From the NCBI GenBank assembly GCA_000004695.1, contig CM000150.2:384001-448000 (forward strand): a DNA stretch of 64,000 bases. Reading direction: 5' to 3'. The notes beneath the pieces were generated by a model that was not told the origin of the DNA, made no database searches, and was given only the letters and a program-made list of their open reading frames with translations. Within the stretch, counting starts at the first letter, position 1; every line of letters begins with the position of its first letter. The translations under genes were made by a program, and so were the position numbers. This document shows, piece after piece, positions 16,350 through 29,267 of the stretch. This stretch comes from Dictyostelium discoideum. Taxonomy: Eukaryota.

Positions 16350-19300
16350 TCAATTTGATTCATTTCCAAATGTAATTGAAGAATTTTTATTTGATTTTGA
16401 ATTAATTGAAGAAGAATTTAAATCAGTTGAGGAGGAAGAAGAACTTGTATTTTTCATTTTAACAATTGACCTTATACTCTTTCTTGTATATTTACCAAGT
16501 GGAATTTGATTATTTGTTACAAGTAATACAATGACAGGAATCATTTCAGTTACGATTAAACCAACAAAAGAGAAAATAATATTACTTGGATTAACAGAAA
16601 CCAAGATTACAATGAAAATACAATGTAATACAAAACCGGTACCACATAAAACTGTGATAACAAAAGTTCTATTTCTTTGTTTATTTGCAGAGGTTTGAGA
16701 GGTTTTACTAGAGAGAGCTGATAATTTATTATAAATTTGTCTACCATAATAAATGAAAGCAATACCAATTGCCAAAGAAAGACAAGCTTGTAAAACTGCA
16801 TAAAATATTGAAACTGCATTTTGTGGTGTAGTCTGTTCCAAATTAATTAATAATCTACCACCACATGATTTTGGTGTTGATTGTTTAGTGAAATTGTAAA
16901 CTATAACAATTATAATGAAAACTATATAAAGTACAACATTGATTAAAAACACCATCATATTAATACGACCGTAAATATCATTACTAAACGATGATGCGTT
17001 ACTTAACATATACCAAATTACAATTACAATTGTAAAAGCAGTGAAATATAAAAATGTTGGTAAAACCACTAAAATATAATTTCCAACGGTTGTAGTCTCT
17101 GTAATGATACCATTTGGTAAAATGAAGAAATAAATTGATCTAATCAAAGAGAATGCAGTAAGTACTAAAAATAAAAGATGTACTAATTTAAATGGTTCAG
17201 TTGATAAAACTTTTTGAATTGTAAAGAAACCAAGATGTAATAAACCATAAATACCTAATAAACAAAATAAAACTGCTAAAACATATAATAAACCTGATGA
17301 ACTATTATTAAATGGTTTAAAATTTTCATTTTCCCAATTTGAAATTCTTTCAATTAAAAAGTATGATCTTTTACCAATTTCAATAAAATTAATTATTTCA
17401 CCACGGTCATTTAAAATTTCATCATCATCATCGTTGTCATTAGTTTTTTGATTTGAATTAAAACCATTTGAATTTTTAAAATTAATTAAACAACAATATC
17501 TATTTTTTTCATCAATTTCAATTAAACATTCTAATGGTATTAATTGACCTTGATCATTATTTTCTAAATAACCAAAATCAATAATTGGATTCTTTTTTGA
17601 ATTTCTTGAAATTGTTTGTGACATACAAATTTTAAAATTTATAACACCCTGATCAAAAATTTCTAAATTTATACCATCATTTAATAGTTTACCAATTACT
17701 GCTTTTTTATTATTAAAGAATGAATAATCATCAGGTTTATCAAATGATACAAAAGTTGAAGATAATGAAATCACTTTTTTAGATAAGAAAGTTTCTTTAT
17801 AAATTTGACCAATTGAAATTGAAACACAAGAACTTTCATCGATTGAACCCAACGAAAATGATAATGAACCATCATTGAAAATGGTAGTATTTGATGGATC
17901 ATAACATGGTTTTATAACTTTTAAAACTGGTGTATCTAAATCATTATAACAATCATCACCAATACCATCGGATGAACAACCACATGATAATGCCTCTAAT
18001 GAATTCTTTGAATTTGATGTACGACATAAAATTTCAGATTTATATAATAAATTGGTTCTACTTTGTGCTGCATTATCAAATGATGTGAAAAATCTACCTA
18101 AATCCAATGACAATTGAAAGTTGGCAATATATTTAACAGGTTCATCATTTTTAATCCATTTTAATGGTACAGCCACTGCAGGTGTCCAAATACCAGATGT
18201 CCAGCTAAATGGTTGTTTCCAAGTTTCACCAGCATATTTACAATCATTTTCATTCTTTTCATTAAATCTAAAAGTTAATGGTAGTAAATAACCACCTGGT
18301 GATCTATCAATACCATAACATAATGGTTCATATTTTGTTTGTTCACATTCATCTCTATTGGCAGCAGGTAAAGTCCACCACCATTTTCCACCAGTTTGTT
18401 CGCAAGTGGTTTGATCTATAAATGTTAAATTGAAACAACCAAATGGTGAATCAATTTGAGTTTGAAATTCACAAGTTGGTAAACTTGCACCAATCAATGC
18501 TTTACTAGTACGTGGATATAAACATTTTGGTTGATAAGGATTACTATCACCGATTTTATAATTAAAATAATATTGATCATCACATTTACCAGAGTTTTCA
18601 CAATCAATTTTATTTGTACATGGAATTTCATATAATCCACAAAATAAACCAAATGAATTACAACCATTAACTAAATCATTACAATAAGTACATTGATCAT
18701 ATGAAAAATCACCACAATTTTTAAATACTGTATTTGAATAATCAGTTGAACAAGTACTTTCATTAATTGATGTATAAATACAATACATTGTTGATGATGA
18801 TTCATCAAACCATTTTTCATGTGATTCATTATTAATTTCTGGACAAACTGTAACTCCAGTTCCAAATGTTGATAATGGTATGAAACAACCTGTAAATTGT
18901 GAACATTCTAAACCACAACCAACTGTACAACTACCATAATTATCTGAACATTCACTTTCATCATTTACAGTAAATAAATCATAATCTACAAATTTATCAT
19001 TACTATGATCTTGTTTATAACAAACAAAATTATTGTTACCCGATTCACAAGATGATTGATTTAAAAAGTTTGAATCAACATAACAATTTCTAATTGGATC
19101 AGTACAATCACCACAGAAATAATCTGGTGGATTATTATTTAAACAATCATTAATTAAATTTGTAGTATCATAACCATCATACCAATTCATTGTACCTTGA
19201 TAATCTAACCAATTACAACGTGCTAAAGCTAAACAAGAATCCTTTGGGAATGCTTCAACTAACCATGTGAAAATATTTAAACCAGTGAAACAACTATCAT

Positions 19301-21975
19301 AAACTATTGATGGTGTAGTTTGATCTAAACCAATAACCAATGGAAAACAAAAACCATTTGTAGAGGTACTTGATGAATATGCAAAACTTTTTCTAGCCCA
19401 TGATGAAGTACCCAATGGATAATTACAATCATTAGTTTGATGTTTTTTCATTAATTCAATTGATAATTCTCTTTCATTTTCAAAATTATTATTTAATAAC
19501 CCCAATATTGATAAAACATCAGTTCTTAATGGTGTTGAAATATTTGATAATATACAACTTACAAAATTTAATTCCAATTCTGAATATGCAATTAAACATA
19601 ATCCATTTCTTTTATTACAACTAGTTGTAATATTTAAATTTGAAGAGTTATAATAATTTTCACAATCTAAATCCTCTTTACAAACAATTGGATAAATTGA
19701 TGGTTTACAAGCTCTAAAAACTTTATAAAGTGAATCTGTATAATAGTTTTGTTCATCTTGAGTTACACTACATTGTTCAAATTGTGTACCTGTTATAGTT
19801 TCAGAGAAAGTATTTAAAACTGATTCTGTACAATCTGGATATGAACATTTTTCATTCATTTGATCGTTATTTACACCATTGAATACTGTTGTTGTAATAT
19901 TTTGTAATCTTGGTCTACAAACTGATTTAAAAGTTGCATAAAAACTACAACATGGGTCATTGTAATAGTTGTTAATATCATTGGTTTCCGAGCAAAGTGT
20001 TGTATTTATTAAGGTTGTAGTTTGATTTAATATTAATAAATTCTCGGCCATTTTCTGACAAGAATTATAATCATCATAAAAACTTAACACATCTAAATAG
20101 TAACGTAATCCACTTATAGTTGATGAAGTTGCATTATCAATTGATTTTAAAACTGAATCGAAAATTTCATTAATTTTTGAAAATTTATTAAATGTACATT
20201 CTGGATTAACTTGATTACCAATTGATTTAGAACCAACTATTAAACTACCATTACCATAGACTAATCTATTTTTAAATGTTAATACTGTACTTGACAAATC
20301 CTCTTCATTAAAGAAATTATATGTATTACCATCAACTGTCAATGATATTATTAATCCAAATTGATAAGTATTTTTTAAAACTAAATTTGATGTGGTTTCA
20401 TTAAATGCAATACCATTAAATTTTGGTACATTTAATGAACGTTCACCATAAATTGATGGTACTGGATATAATGGATTTAAATTGGTTCTTGGAAATGTTG
20501 GTAAATAAACTGTACATTCAACATCATAATTTTCACAATTATATTTTTTACCACCATTTTTTTTAACTTCTAAAAAACTTGTACCTGCTAATGCCCAAGT
20601 ACCAGATAATGATGGATTATTTGTAATATCTCTTAATTTATATTTACCAAATGTTGAAATATAAAAATAAACATCTGATTCATAAAATGTATAAATTCCA
20701 AAAAATAATGTTTTATTATTTTCACCTTTATTTGGACATAATTGAATTATTAAATTATCATCCACTAAATAATAATAATAAAAAAAAATAAAAAAAAAAA
20801 AAATAAAAAATAAAAGTTAATAAAATTTCAACTCTTGGTCTTATTATTAATTTTTTCAAAAAAAAACTTACAAGAAAATGTTGAAGACCATTTATAATTT
20901 GTATTTGAAAATTCTGATAATTCTAAAATATTATCAGTTGCAAATATATCAACATCATTTTGTAAAACAACATTTGAAATTGTTATATTTTTACATTGAT
21001 TAATTGTTAAAGAATATTTTAAAAATGAATTAACTGGTACAAGTGTTGGTATATAAACTTCTTCACCATCATTTAAGCATTGATAATCTGGATGAACATT
21101 TGTACAAGTTGGTGATGGTGATGGTGATGGTGATGGTGGTGATGGTGGTTGAATTGGAATTTCTTCAATTAAAACTTTATAAATTAAATCAGAACCAGCA
21201 CCAACATTTTTAATAGCAATATGAACTGTACCATAAGGATATTGTGAACGATAGTGACCTGCATAAGTTGTATTTAAAGCTGGTGATGATGGACACATTA
21301 CAATTGATGCATCACATTCTTCAGATTGTACAATTCTAGATGCACCATTTGCCAATGGATAGAATGGATAAATATCTGATGAAATTTCACCTAAACCTTG
21401 GATGGTTTTAAAGGTGATTTTATAACCTACACATTCTGATGACGCATAAAATCTATAAAGTTGATAGGATTGGTAATAGGTGTCTATGAAACCTTGAGTT
21501 TCATTACCAATTTCAATATCTTTCCAATTCATTTCACATGGTGTATAGAAAAATCTTTGTGAAAATAATTCATCACATACTTCGCATTCTGGTGGTCTAT
21601 CATCATATCCAGCTTCACAACCTTTATGTGTATAATCACATGGTGGACATTCACTTGGATATGGTGGACATGTTGCATTTGGACATGTATAACTTTCTAA
21701 TAAATAAATTGGTTCTTCAAAATAAATTGAACCACTAACAATTTTAATATTTGTATCTAATAAATTTAATGATTTAATTGTATAATTTGAATTTACATTT
21801 TTTAATTCAATTTCTTCACAATTTATAATTTTTAAAACTTAAAAAAAAAAAAAAAAAAAAAAGTTAATGGAAAAAAGTTAAAAATAAATTTTAAAAATAT
21901 CATTATTATAAAAAAAAAATAAAAAATCTTACCAATTATAAAAAAAAATAAATAAATAATTAATTTTCTAATCAT
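16350..21975 (-). CDS. 7TM receptor-like glycoprotein with a ~1350-aa Cys-rich extracellular domain. Three exons: complement(join(16350..20764, 20872..21837, 21933..21975)). About 1807 aa. The first exon is a 43-nt signal-peptide micro-exon.
   Basis: Exon 1 is ATGATTAGAAAATTAATTATTTATTTATTTTTTTTTATAATTG|GTAAGA, encoding MIRKLIIYLFFFII-. A 95-bp intron ends in a poly-T tract plus TAAG|, and the frame continues VLKIINCEEIELKN.... The 234-aa ORF 20828..21532 is internal to exon 2. Its apparent stop lies in the donor TCTT|GTAAGT, and a 107-bp intron ends TTATTTAG| at 20765. The 1471-aa ORF has seven hydrophobic helices near its C-terminus (LLYVLAVLFCLLGIYGLL ... IIFSFVGLIVTEMIPVIVLLV) and a Ser-rich tail. 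Confidence 0.65.
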
Positions 21976-22179
21976 TATTTTTTTATTTTATATATATTTT
22001 TAAAATGGTGACTTTTTGTTTTTTTTTTTTTTATTTTTCTTTATTTTTTAGATTTTTTTCAGATTTTTTAAAAAAATAAAAATAAAAATAAAATAAAAAT
22101 AAAAAAATTCGTTTTTATAAAACAAAAAAAATATAAAAAATTAAAAAAAACCTTTAATCGAAAATTTGATAGGTTATTT

Positions 22180-22197
22180 TTATTTATAAATAAATAA

Positions 22198-22260
<63 letters not shown>

Positions 22261-22607
22261 GAAAAGAAAAAAAAAAAAAAAATAAAAAAAATATAATAGT
22301 AATAAAAAAAAAAGTCTGTTCAACGAAAAAGAAAATATCTTTTTTTTTTTTTTTTTTTTTAAAAAAAAGTAAAAAAAAAAAAAAAAAAAAAACATCACAC
22401 TTTTTTTTTTATTATTTTTGTTGTCATGATGGTTTTTTTTTTTTTTTTAAGAATACTTTCCACTGCCAAAGATTTTTTTTTTTTATTTTTTTTTATTTTT
22501 TTTTTTTACTTTCACTTTTTTTTCTTAAAAATAATTTCAAATAAAAGAATTGTTATGTGTGGATTATGGGGGTGTTATGTGATTGGTAAAAAAAGTTTTA
22601 TTTTTAG

Positions 22608-22640
<33 letters not shown>
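22180..22640. repeat. Extreme homopolymer block (A40-50, T20-30 runs) forming the intergenic spacer between the 7TM gene and the SerRS gene.
   Basis: Runs of more than 50 consecutive A are visible. ORFs 22180..22398 and 22426..22662 are poly-F/K artefacts. Confidence 0.9.
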
Positions 22641-22644
<4 letters not shown>

Positions 22645-22647
22645 TTT

Positions 22648-24225
22648 TTATTTTTTATTTAAAGGGAGAATAACTTTTTGATTATTCATAAATGGTTGTA
22701 AAACTTTTGGAATTAAAACTGAACCATCAGATTGTTGATTATTTTCTAAAATGGCTAAAATTAAACGTGGTATAGCACAAGCTGTACCATTTAAAGTATG
22801 AGTGAATAATGGTGGTATTGAATTATCAATTTCATTATTATTATTACTATTATTATTATTATCATCATTTAAAATTTGTGGTGATGGAATAATTTTATAA
22901 TTATTTTCAACAAATTGTTGAATTTGGAAATCATCTTTTGTTGATTGATATTTTATATTTAATCTTTTACTTTGATAATCGGTGCAATTTGAAGCACTGC
23001 TGATTTCACCATATTCTTGTTTTGAAGGTATCCAAACTTCTATATCATATTTTCTGTATGCTGGTGCACCTAAATCTTCAGATGGCATATCTAGCACTCT
23101 GAAATGTAGACCTAATTCACTGAATAATTCAATTTGAATTTTTAAAAGTTCCTCAAGAATCTCATTAGATTCGTGTGGTTTTGAAATGATAAACATCTCA
23201 ACCTTACTAAACTGGTGTACCCTATAGATGCCCTTATTTTGCAAGCCTCTGCCAGCCTCGGGTCTGAAACAGTGTGAATAGCCCACCATTTTAATAGGCA
23301 ACTCTGCAGATTGCAATGGCTCCTCATTGGCGTACATACCCGCTAATGGGATTTCAGAAGTTGCCGATAGGCAAAGATCCCTATCCTTAATCCAAAACAA
23401 TTGGTCAGCATCTGAACGTGCATGAAACCCACAAGCTTCTGCCAAATTTGGGTGAATCAAATCTGGTGTTATCACAGACTGAAATCCGTATTTATAAGTT
23501 AGTTTAGAAAATGCCCAATAGGACAACGCCATTTCCAGCATGGCACCCTCCCTTGTGAAATAGTAGTATTTATGACCGGTGGTCTTTGAAGCCGATCGAA
23601 TCACTCCTAAACTCTCACCCAACTCTAAATGATCTTTAATTGGTTCATCTGGTTTTAAATAATTTGGTTTCTCACCAACCATTTTAATAATGTTTGCATT
23701 GGATTCTGCTCCTATTGGCACTGATGGGTGTGTATTATTTGGTATTTTCAAAGCTTCACTTGTGATCTCATTGAAGTATATATCATGTTTCTCTTCCAAT
23801 GCTATTAAATCCTCTTTCACTTGTTTACCTTGTTCAACTAATTCCAATCTATCATTTTTATTACTTTCACCACCACCTTTCATCATTAATTTCATCTTTG
23901 ATGCAATTTCATTTCTTTTTGCTCTAAATGTATCCAATTCTTTCTTTATAATTCTATATTCATCATAATTTTTAATTAATTTCTCTAATTCAACTGGTGA
24001 TTTTCTTTTTATAATATTTTCTTTAATTTGATTTTCATTATCTTTTATAAATTGAAAATCAATTCTTGGTTTAATTTGATTAACAATAATATGTTGTTGC
24101 TGTTGTTGTTGATTAATTTCATTTTGGTCAATTTGCTTAATTTTACTTGTATAATATTTTAATAAATTTGAATTTAAATTTAATTTATTATTACATTGAT
24201 TAAAATTTTTAAATAATTTTAACAT
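22648..24225 (-). CDS. Seryl-tRNA synthetase (class II aaRS), bacterial/mitochondrial type, with an N-terminal presequence-like extension.
   Basis: A single 525-aa ORF. It has the coiled-coil tRNA-binding arm, NTHPSVPIG, motif 2 FRPEAGRGLQNKGIYRVHQF and motif 3 GTACAIPRLILAILENNQ. The N-terminus MLKLFKNFNQCNNKLNLNSNLLKYYTSKIKQ resembles a mitochondrial targeting peptide. Confidence 0.8.
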   Translation of the reverse strand: MLKLFKNFNQCNNKLNLNSNLLKYYTSKIKQIDQNEINQQQQQQHIIVNQIKPRIDFQFIKDNENQIKENIIKRKSPVELEKLIKNYDEYRIIKKELDTFRAKRNEIASKMKLMMKGGGESNKNDRLELVEQGKQVKEDLIALEEKHDIYFNEITSEALKIPNNTHPSVPIGAESNANIIKMVGEKPNYLKPDEPIKDHLELGESLGVIRSASKTTGHKYYYFTREGAMLEMALSYWAFSKLTYKYGFQSVITPDLIHPNLAEACGFHARSDADQLFWIKDRDLCLSATSEIPLAGMYANEEPLQSAELPIKMVGYSHCFRPEAGRGLQNKGIYRVHQFSKVEMFIISKPHESNEILEELLKIQIELFSELGLHFRVLDMPSEDLGAPAYRKYDIEVWIPSKQEYGEISSASNCTDYQSKRLNIKYQSTKDDFQIQQFVENNYKIIPSPQILNDDNNNNSNNNNEIDNSIPPLFTHTLNGTACAIPRLILAILENNQQSDGSVLIPKVLQPFMNNQKVILPLNKK

Positions 24226-24246
24226 TTTAATAATAATTGATTTTGG

Positions 24247-24293
<47 letters not shown>

Positions 24294-24721
24294 GACAATT
24301 AAAAAAATTAAAAAAAAATAAAAATAAAAAAAAAAAAATAAAATAAAGTGATTTCTTTTTTTTATAAAAAAAAAAAAAAAAATTAAAAAAATCAATGAAA
24401 TCTCGAAATAAATATTCTTTAATTTGTAGAATTTAATTAATTTTTTTTTAAAAAAAAAAATGAAAAAATAATTATAAATAAAAAAATCTGATTTTCAAAA
24501 AATTAATAATAATAATAATAATAAAAAAAATTGATAAATCAAATAAATAGTTTTTCGTTTTTTCAAAATATGGAAAATTAAAAAAAAAAAAAAATTAAAA
24601 AAAAAAAAAATTAAAAAAAATAAAATTCTCAAAAACGAGAAATTTTTATTTTTATTTTTTTTTTATTTTTTTTATTTTTTTTTTTATCATCAATTCACAC
24701 ACATATATATAAATAAAAAAG

Positions 24722-24830
24722 ATGGCAAGAAAACCAGGTCTTGCACCAAAAAAAGTTCCATTACAAAAATTAAATAAAACAAACCCGTAAGTTTTCCATA
24801 TGTTACAAAAATTTTTATTATTATAATACT

Positions 24831-24864
<34 letters not shown>

Positions 24865-25582
24865 GAAATTTTTCAAATAGACAAAAACAAATACAGAGAA
24901 GTAAACAAGAAGATGAACATAGAAAGAAATTAGAAGAAATGTAATATATTTTAGAAATTTATATTTATTATTATTATTATATATATTAATTAGTTTTTTT
25001 TTTTTTTTTAAATAAAATAAATTTAATTAATAATAGACCAGAAGATAATACATCACATATGTTTTTTTCATATAATGAAGCATTAGTACCACCATATCAT
25101 GTTATTATAGATACAAATTTTATAAATTTCTCAATTTCACATAAATTAGATATTATTCATTCATTAATGGATTGTTTATATGCTAAATGTATACCATATA
25201 TTTCAGATTGTGTAGCTGCAGAAATTGAAAGATTAGGATCTAAATTTAAAGTTGCATTAAAGTAAAGATTATTAAAAAATTAAAATTAAAAAAAAAAAAA
25301 GAAATTTTTAGAAAAATTTATTAATAATTTATTAAATTATTATTATTATTTTTTAAATTTAGAATTTCAAAAGATCCAAGATTCCAAAGATTAACATGTT
25401 CACATAAAGGTACATATGCAGATGATTGTATTATAAATAGAATAACAATGCACAGAATGTTTATAGTTGCAACTTGTGATGCAGATTTAAGAAGAAGAAT
25501 TCGTAAAATTCCTGGTGTACCAATTGTTTATCTTAAAGGAAAGAAATATACTGTTGAAAGAATGCCAGATTTATTACAATAA
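24722..25582 (+). CDS. fcf1: FCF1/UTP24 PIN-domain rRNA-processing protein. Four exons: join(24722..24786, 24866..24940, 25037..25261, 25363..25582). About 194 aa.
   Basis: [22 protein letters not shown]|GTAAGT. Exon 3 encodes ...[65 protein letters not shown], the FCF1 PIN core with catalytic Asp. Exon 4 encodes [27 protein letters not shown]...[27 protein letters not shown]. The ORF track catches only exon 3 (25059..25265). Introns are GT...(T)nAG. Confidence 0.8.
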
Positions 25583-25669
25583 AAAAAATAAAAAAATAAT
25601 AATAATATATATATTTTAAATTTGTATTTTATTTTATTGGTTTATTTTTTTTTTTTTTTTTTTTTTTTT

Positions 25670-26341
25670 TCAAAGACAAACATATTGCGAAGAATATTGA
25701 TTTGGATTATTTAGACGACAAGTTATTTCACCTTGAGCATGACCAATTGGACCACCTTTACAAGAAGTACCAAAATATTTTGTAGTTGAATAATTTGTTG
25801 AATTACAAGTTTGAATGAATGAATAAGTTTGATCTTCATTGATACATGTATTTAATGGAGTGATTTCTAAATTGACTAAATCCTCTTTACTACCACAATC
25901 ATCGTCTTGTGATGTATAAACTAGGAAACCACTTGTTGGAATTTCAATACTATCAACACATGAATATACTGTTGGATAAGATTGAGATGAATTTGTATCA
26001 CAAACATCATTCTCAATTACCATACTAAACACTATTGAACCATTACAATTATATCCTTCATACATATCATATATAATTTTACCATCATCTCTACATGTAA
26101 AAACATTACCAAAATAACATGCATTATCAATTGAATAAACTGTATTTACAACTTCTTCTGAACATTTATCATCAATAAAATTATATCCTTTTTGTACTAT
26201 ATATTTTTTATTTAATGATGATGAAGAAGAAGAAGAAGAAGTAGATAAAGATATTCTATTATTTGATATTATTGATGTTGAAAAATTTGGTGTTATATTA
26301 TATACAGATATTATTATTAAAATTAATAATATTATTTTCAT
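25670..26341 (-). CDS. Secreted Cys-rich protein (signal peptide plus a Ser-run), family unassigned. Paralogous in size and Cys pattern to 29651..30280.
   Basis: The N-terminus MKIILLILIIISVYNITPN is signal-like. There are about 16 Cys. The C-terminus ...GEITCRLNNPNQYSSQYVCL ends like ...TTCGFLTGYYADIYCT in the 29651 gene. Confidence 0.5.
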   Translation of the reverse strand: MKIILLILIIISVYNITPNFSTSIISNNRISLSTSSSSSSSSLNKKYIVQKGYNFIDDKCSEEVVNTVYSIDNACYFGNVFTCRDDGKIIYDMYEGYNCNGSIVFSMVIENDVCDTNSSQSYPTVYSCVDSIEIPTSGFLVYTSQDDDCGSKEDLVNLEITPLNTCINEDQTYSFIQTCNSTNYSTTKYFGTSCKGGPIGHAQGEITCRLNNPNQYSSQYVCL

Positions 26342-27404
26342 TTTTTTTTATTATTTTTTATTTTTTATTTTATTTTATTTTTTAATATACATCGAAAATT
26401 GTTTGGTTCGAAATAAAATAAAAAAAAAAAAAAAAAAAAAAAGATTGCTCGTTTTTTTTTTTTTTTTTTTTTTTTATATGGAAATTAAAGCTTCAAATTA
26501 AGTACCTCAAACATACTTTGAAATAAAAAATAAAATACAAAACTTAAAATTTTTTTCTTTAAATTTTTAATTTTTAATTTTTAACCAAAAAAGCTCTTTT
26601 TTTTTTATTTTTTTTTTATTATCACAATAAATAAAATAAAAATAAAAATAGTAATAATCAATATAAAATTAATAGATTTTATTTTAAAATGAAATATTAA
26701 ACTATATATTAGTTTGAAAAAAGTGGTATAGTTTTATATCATTAACAATTTCAAATAATATAATTAATAATAAATATTATTTGAAAATTGGTTAAATAAG
26801 TAAATTGGTTTATAATAGAATTGTAATTAATGTTGGTGGAGGTGATAATGATGATTATAGTTTAACTATAGATTTAATTTTATTTAAAATACATACGAAT
26901 ATATATTAAATGAAAATTCAGAAATCATATCAAATTTATTTGATAAAATATTAGAATTAAATTATGATTATTTGCAAAGTAAGAATTATAATCCTCCAAA
27001 CCACCTTGAAAGTAATAATAAGAAATATACTGAAATAATGTTTTTTTTTTTGTAATTTTTACAGTGAGTGTTTATTTTTATTAACAAAATGTATATTATT
27101 TATTTGATTTTTAATTTTCTTTTTTTTTTTTTGTGGAATTCAACCCACGAACAATTACACTAAAAACTTAAAAAAAAAAGATATATTTTAATTAAAAAAA
27201 AGAATATTCCATTCCAATTAATGAAAATCCAAAAAAGAAATTTTCTCAATTTCAGATGAAGGAAAGAAGAAAAATTAATCAAAATTTTTCCAGGGTAATT
27301 TTTAAAATTAAGAAAAAATAAAAAAATATATGGATTTACACATAAAAAAGTATTATTATTATTATTATTTTTATATAACTTTAATTAAAATTAGAATAAA
27401 TAAA

Positions 27405-27476
<72 letters not shown>

Positions 27477-27511
27477 ATAATATTTGAAGTGTAAAACTGA
27501 TTCAATAATTT

Positions 27512-28435
27512 TTAAGGTAAAACTGATTCAATTAAATTTGAAATTGGTGTATTTTTAACTTTTGATAATAACCAAGAATTATAATAACGTTCAATATCAT
27601 CAATTAATCTTGGTTGTAATGGATAATAACCAATTAATAAATTTGATTTTGAAAATGAAAAATTTTGATTAAAAGTTAAAACTTCAGTGAAAACATTATC
27701 ATTTGATTTTGGAATATATTGAATTGTTTTATTTGAATTACCAGAGATGGAAGCAATTGAAGTCACAATATCTTTAATTTTTTCATTAAAAGAATTTGCA
27801 ATTAAAGTTTGACCTTTTAATAATAAAGCATTTTTAACAACCAATTGATAAAAATGAACAAGATCAAAGATATGAATGAAACCTTGAACTAAATTTTCAT
27901 CACCATAAATTTTAATAGAATCATTTGATTTGGTTGCAGCTTCAAAGAAATAACCACTAAATGATTGATTCTTTCCATAGAGAATGGTTGGTTGAATGAT
28001 GATTGCACCCATTTCATTATAGGTTTTTTCAATTTGAACTCTCCAATCAATAAATTTATGAGAGAAATAAGGAGAAGATTCATTTGATAGAGTTTTACAA
28101 TTACCATAAATTGTTGAACCAGATGTATAAATAAAGATTGTATTTGGTTTTTCTTTATGAACTTTTAATAAAGCATCTTGAACAATAAATGGTGTTGTAA
28201 AATCAACTAAATCTGCAATTGTATCAATAATAATATCAACTTTTAAAGCAATTGGTAACCATTTTTCAACTTGTTTTGCATCTGCAATAATTGGAATAAT
28301 TTCATTCTTTAATAATTGATTTGCACTTTCTTCTTTTCTAGTTAAACCGTAAACTTTATAACCATTTCTAACTAATCCTAATGAAATTTCTGATCCAATA
28401 AATCCACTTGAACCTAATATTAAAATTTTTATCAT
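27512..28435 (-). CDS. NAD(P)-binding atypical short-chain dehydrogenase (NmrA/epimerase-like Rossmann protein), 307 aa.
   Basis: MIKILILGSSGFIGSEISLGLVRNGYKVYGLTR fits the GxxGxxG Rossmann fingerprint. Confidence 0.6.
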   Translation of the reverse strand: MIKILILGSSGFIGSEISLGLVRNGYKVYGLTRKEESANQLLKNEIIPIIADAKQVEKWLPIALKVDIIIDTIADLVDFTTPFIVQDALLKVHKEKPNTIFIYTSGSTIYGNCKTLSNESSPYFSHKFIDWRVQIEKTYNEMGAIIIQPTILYGKNQSFSGYFFEAATKSNDSIKIYGDENLVQGFIHIFDLVHFYQLVVKNALLLKGQTLIANSFNEKIKDIVTSIASISGNSNKTIQYIPKSNDNVFTEVLTFNQNFSFSKSNLLIGYYPLQPRLIDDIERYYNSWLLSKVKNTPISNLIESVLP

Positions 28436-28548
28436 TTTTTTTTTTTAAAAAAATATTAAAATATATAATTAATTTTTTTTTTTAATTTATTTATTTATTT
28501 ATTTTTTGATTATAAATTTTTTTTTTTTTTATTTTATTATTTATACCA

Positions 28549-28579
<31 letters not shown>

Positions 28580-28689
28580 TAAAAAATAAAAAAAAAATAA
28601 TTAAATTTAAAATTATATAAAATAATAAAATAAAAGAATTAATTAAAAATTCCAATGGAAAAATGTCAATCAAATAAATTTTTCATATA

Positions 28690-29000
28690 AATTCCAATAT
28701 TATAAAAAAGGAAAAGAATTTTAAATAAAAATCTGTTTTTTTTCAAAATTCAAATATAATAAACATGTACAAAAATAAAATAATTTTAAGATATTATTCC
28801 AATGCTATTTTTAAAATTTTTTTATTTTTTTTTTTATTTTTTTTAAATTCCAAAAATAAAAAAAAGGAAAAGAATTATAAATAGCAACATGATGGTTTTT
28901 AAAATTTATTTTAAAATAATACGTAATATTTATTTTTAAAATAAATAAAAAATAAAATTAAAATCAAAAAAGGAAAAGAATTGTTTCCAATGGAGAAAAA
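28690..29000. repeat. Three copies of an AAAAAGGAAAAGAATT motif, each next to (A)TTCCAA, spaced 100-160 bp apart. They sit in the divergent intergenic region between the SDR gene (minus strand) and the secreted-protein gene at 29651.
   Basis: The motif occurs at about 28705-28720, 28861-28876 and 28966-28981. ATTCCAAT occurs at about 28691, 28793 and 28847. Confidence 0.6.
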
Positions 29001-29230
29001 AAAAAAAAAATTAAAAATAAATTAAAAAAAAAAAAAAGATATTTTTTGAGGTTGGAAAAAAAAAAAAAAAAAAAAAAAGATATTTTTTGAATGATTATTT
29101 TTTTTCAATCCAAATATTCAAAAAAAAAATGAAAAAAAAATAAAGAGAAATAATTTTATTTTTATTTTTATTTTTATTGTAAAAAAGAATTTATGTATAA
29201 TAAAAAAGATAAAAATAAAATTGGATATAG

Positions 29231-29267
<37 letters not shown>

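Noticed and set aside
21538-21738. Plus-strand ORF MVYRKIFVKIIHHIL...
   Set aside because: It lies wholly inside exon 2 of the minus-strand 7TM gene, whose frame is Cys-rich and continuous. It is a chance antisense ORF.
22180-22662. ORFs 22180..22398 and 22426..22662.
   Set aside because: They are translations of A40+/T20+ homopolymer DNA (poly-F/K).
23142-23968. Short ORFs 23142..23327 (minus, other frame) and 23690..23968 (plus) inside the SerRS gene.
   Set aside because: They sit within a well-supported 525-aa SerRS ORF and are alternative-frame or antisense chance ORFs.
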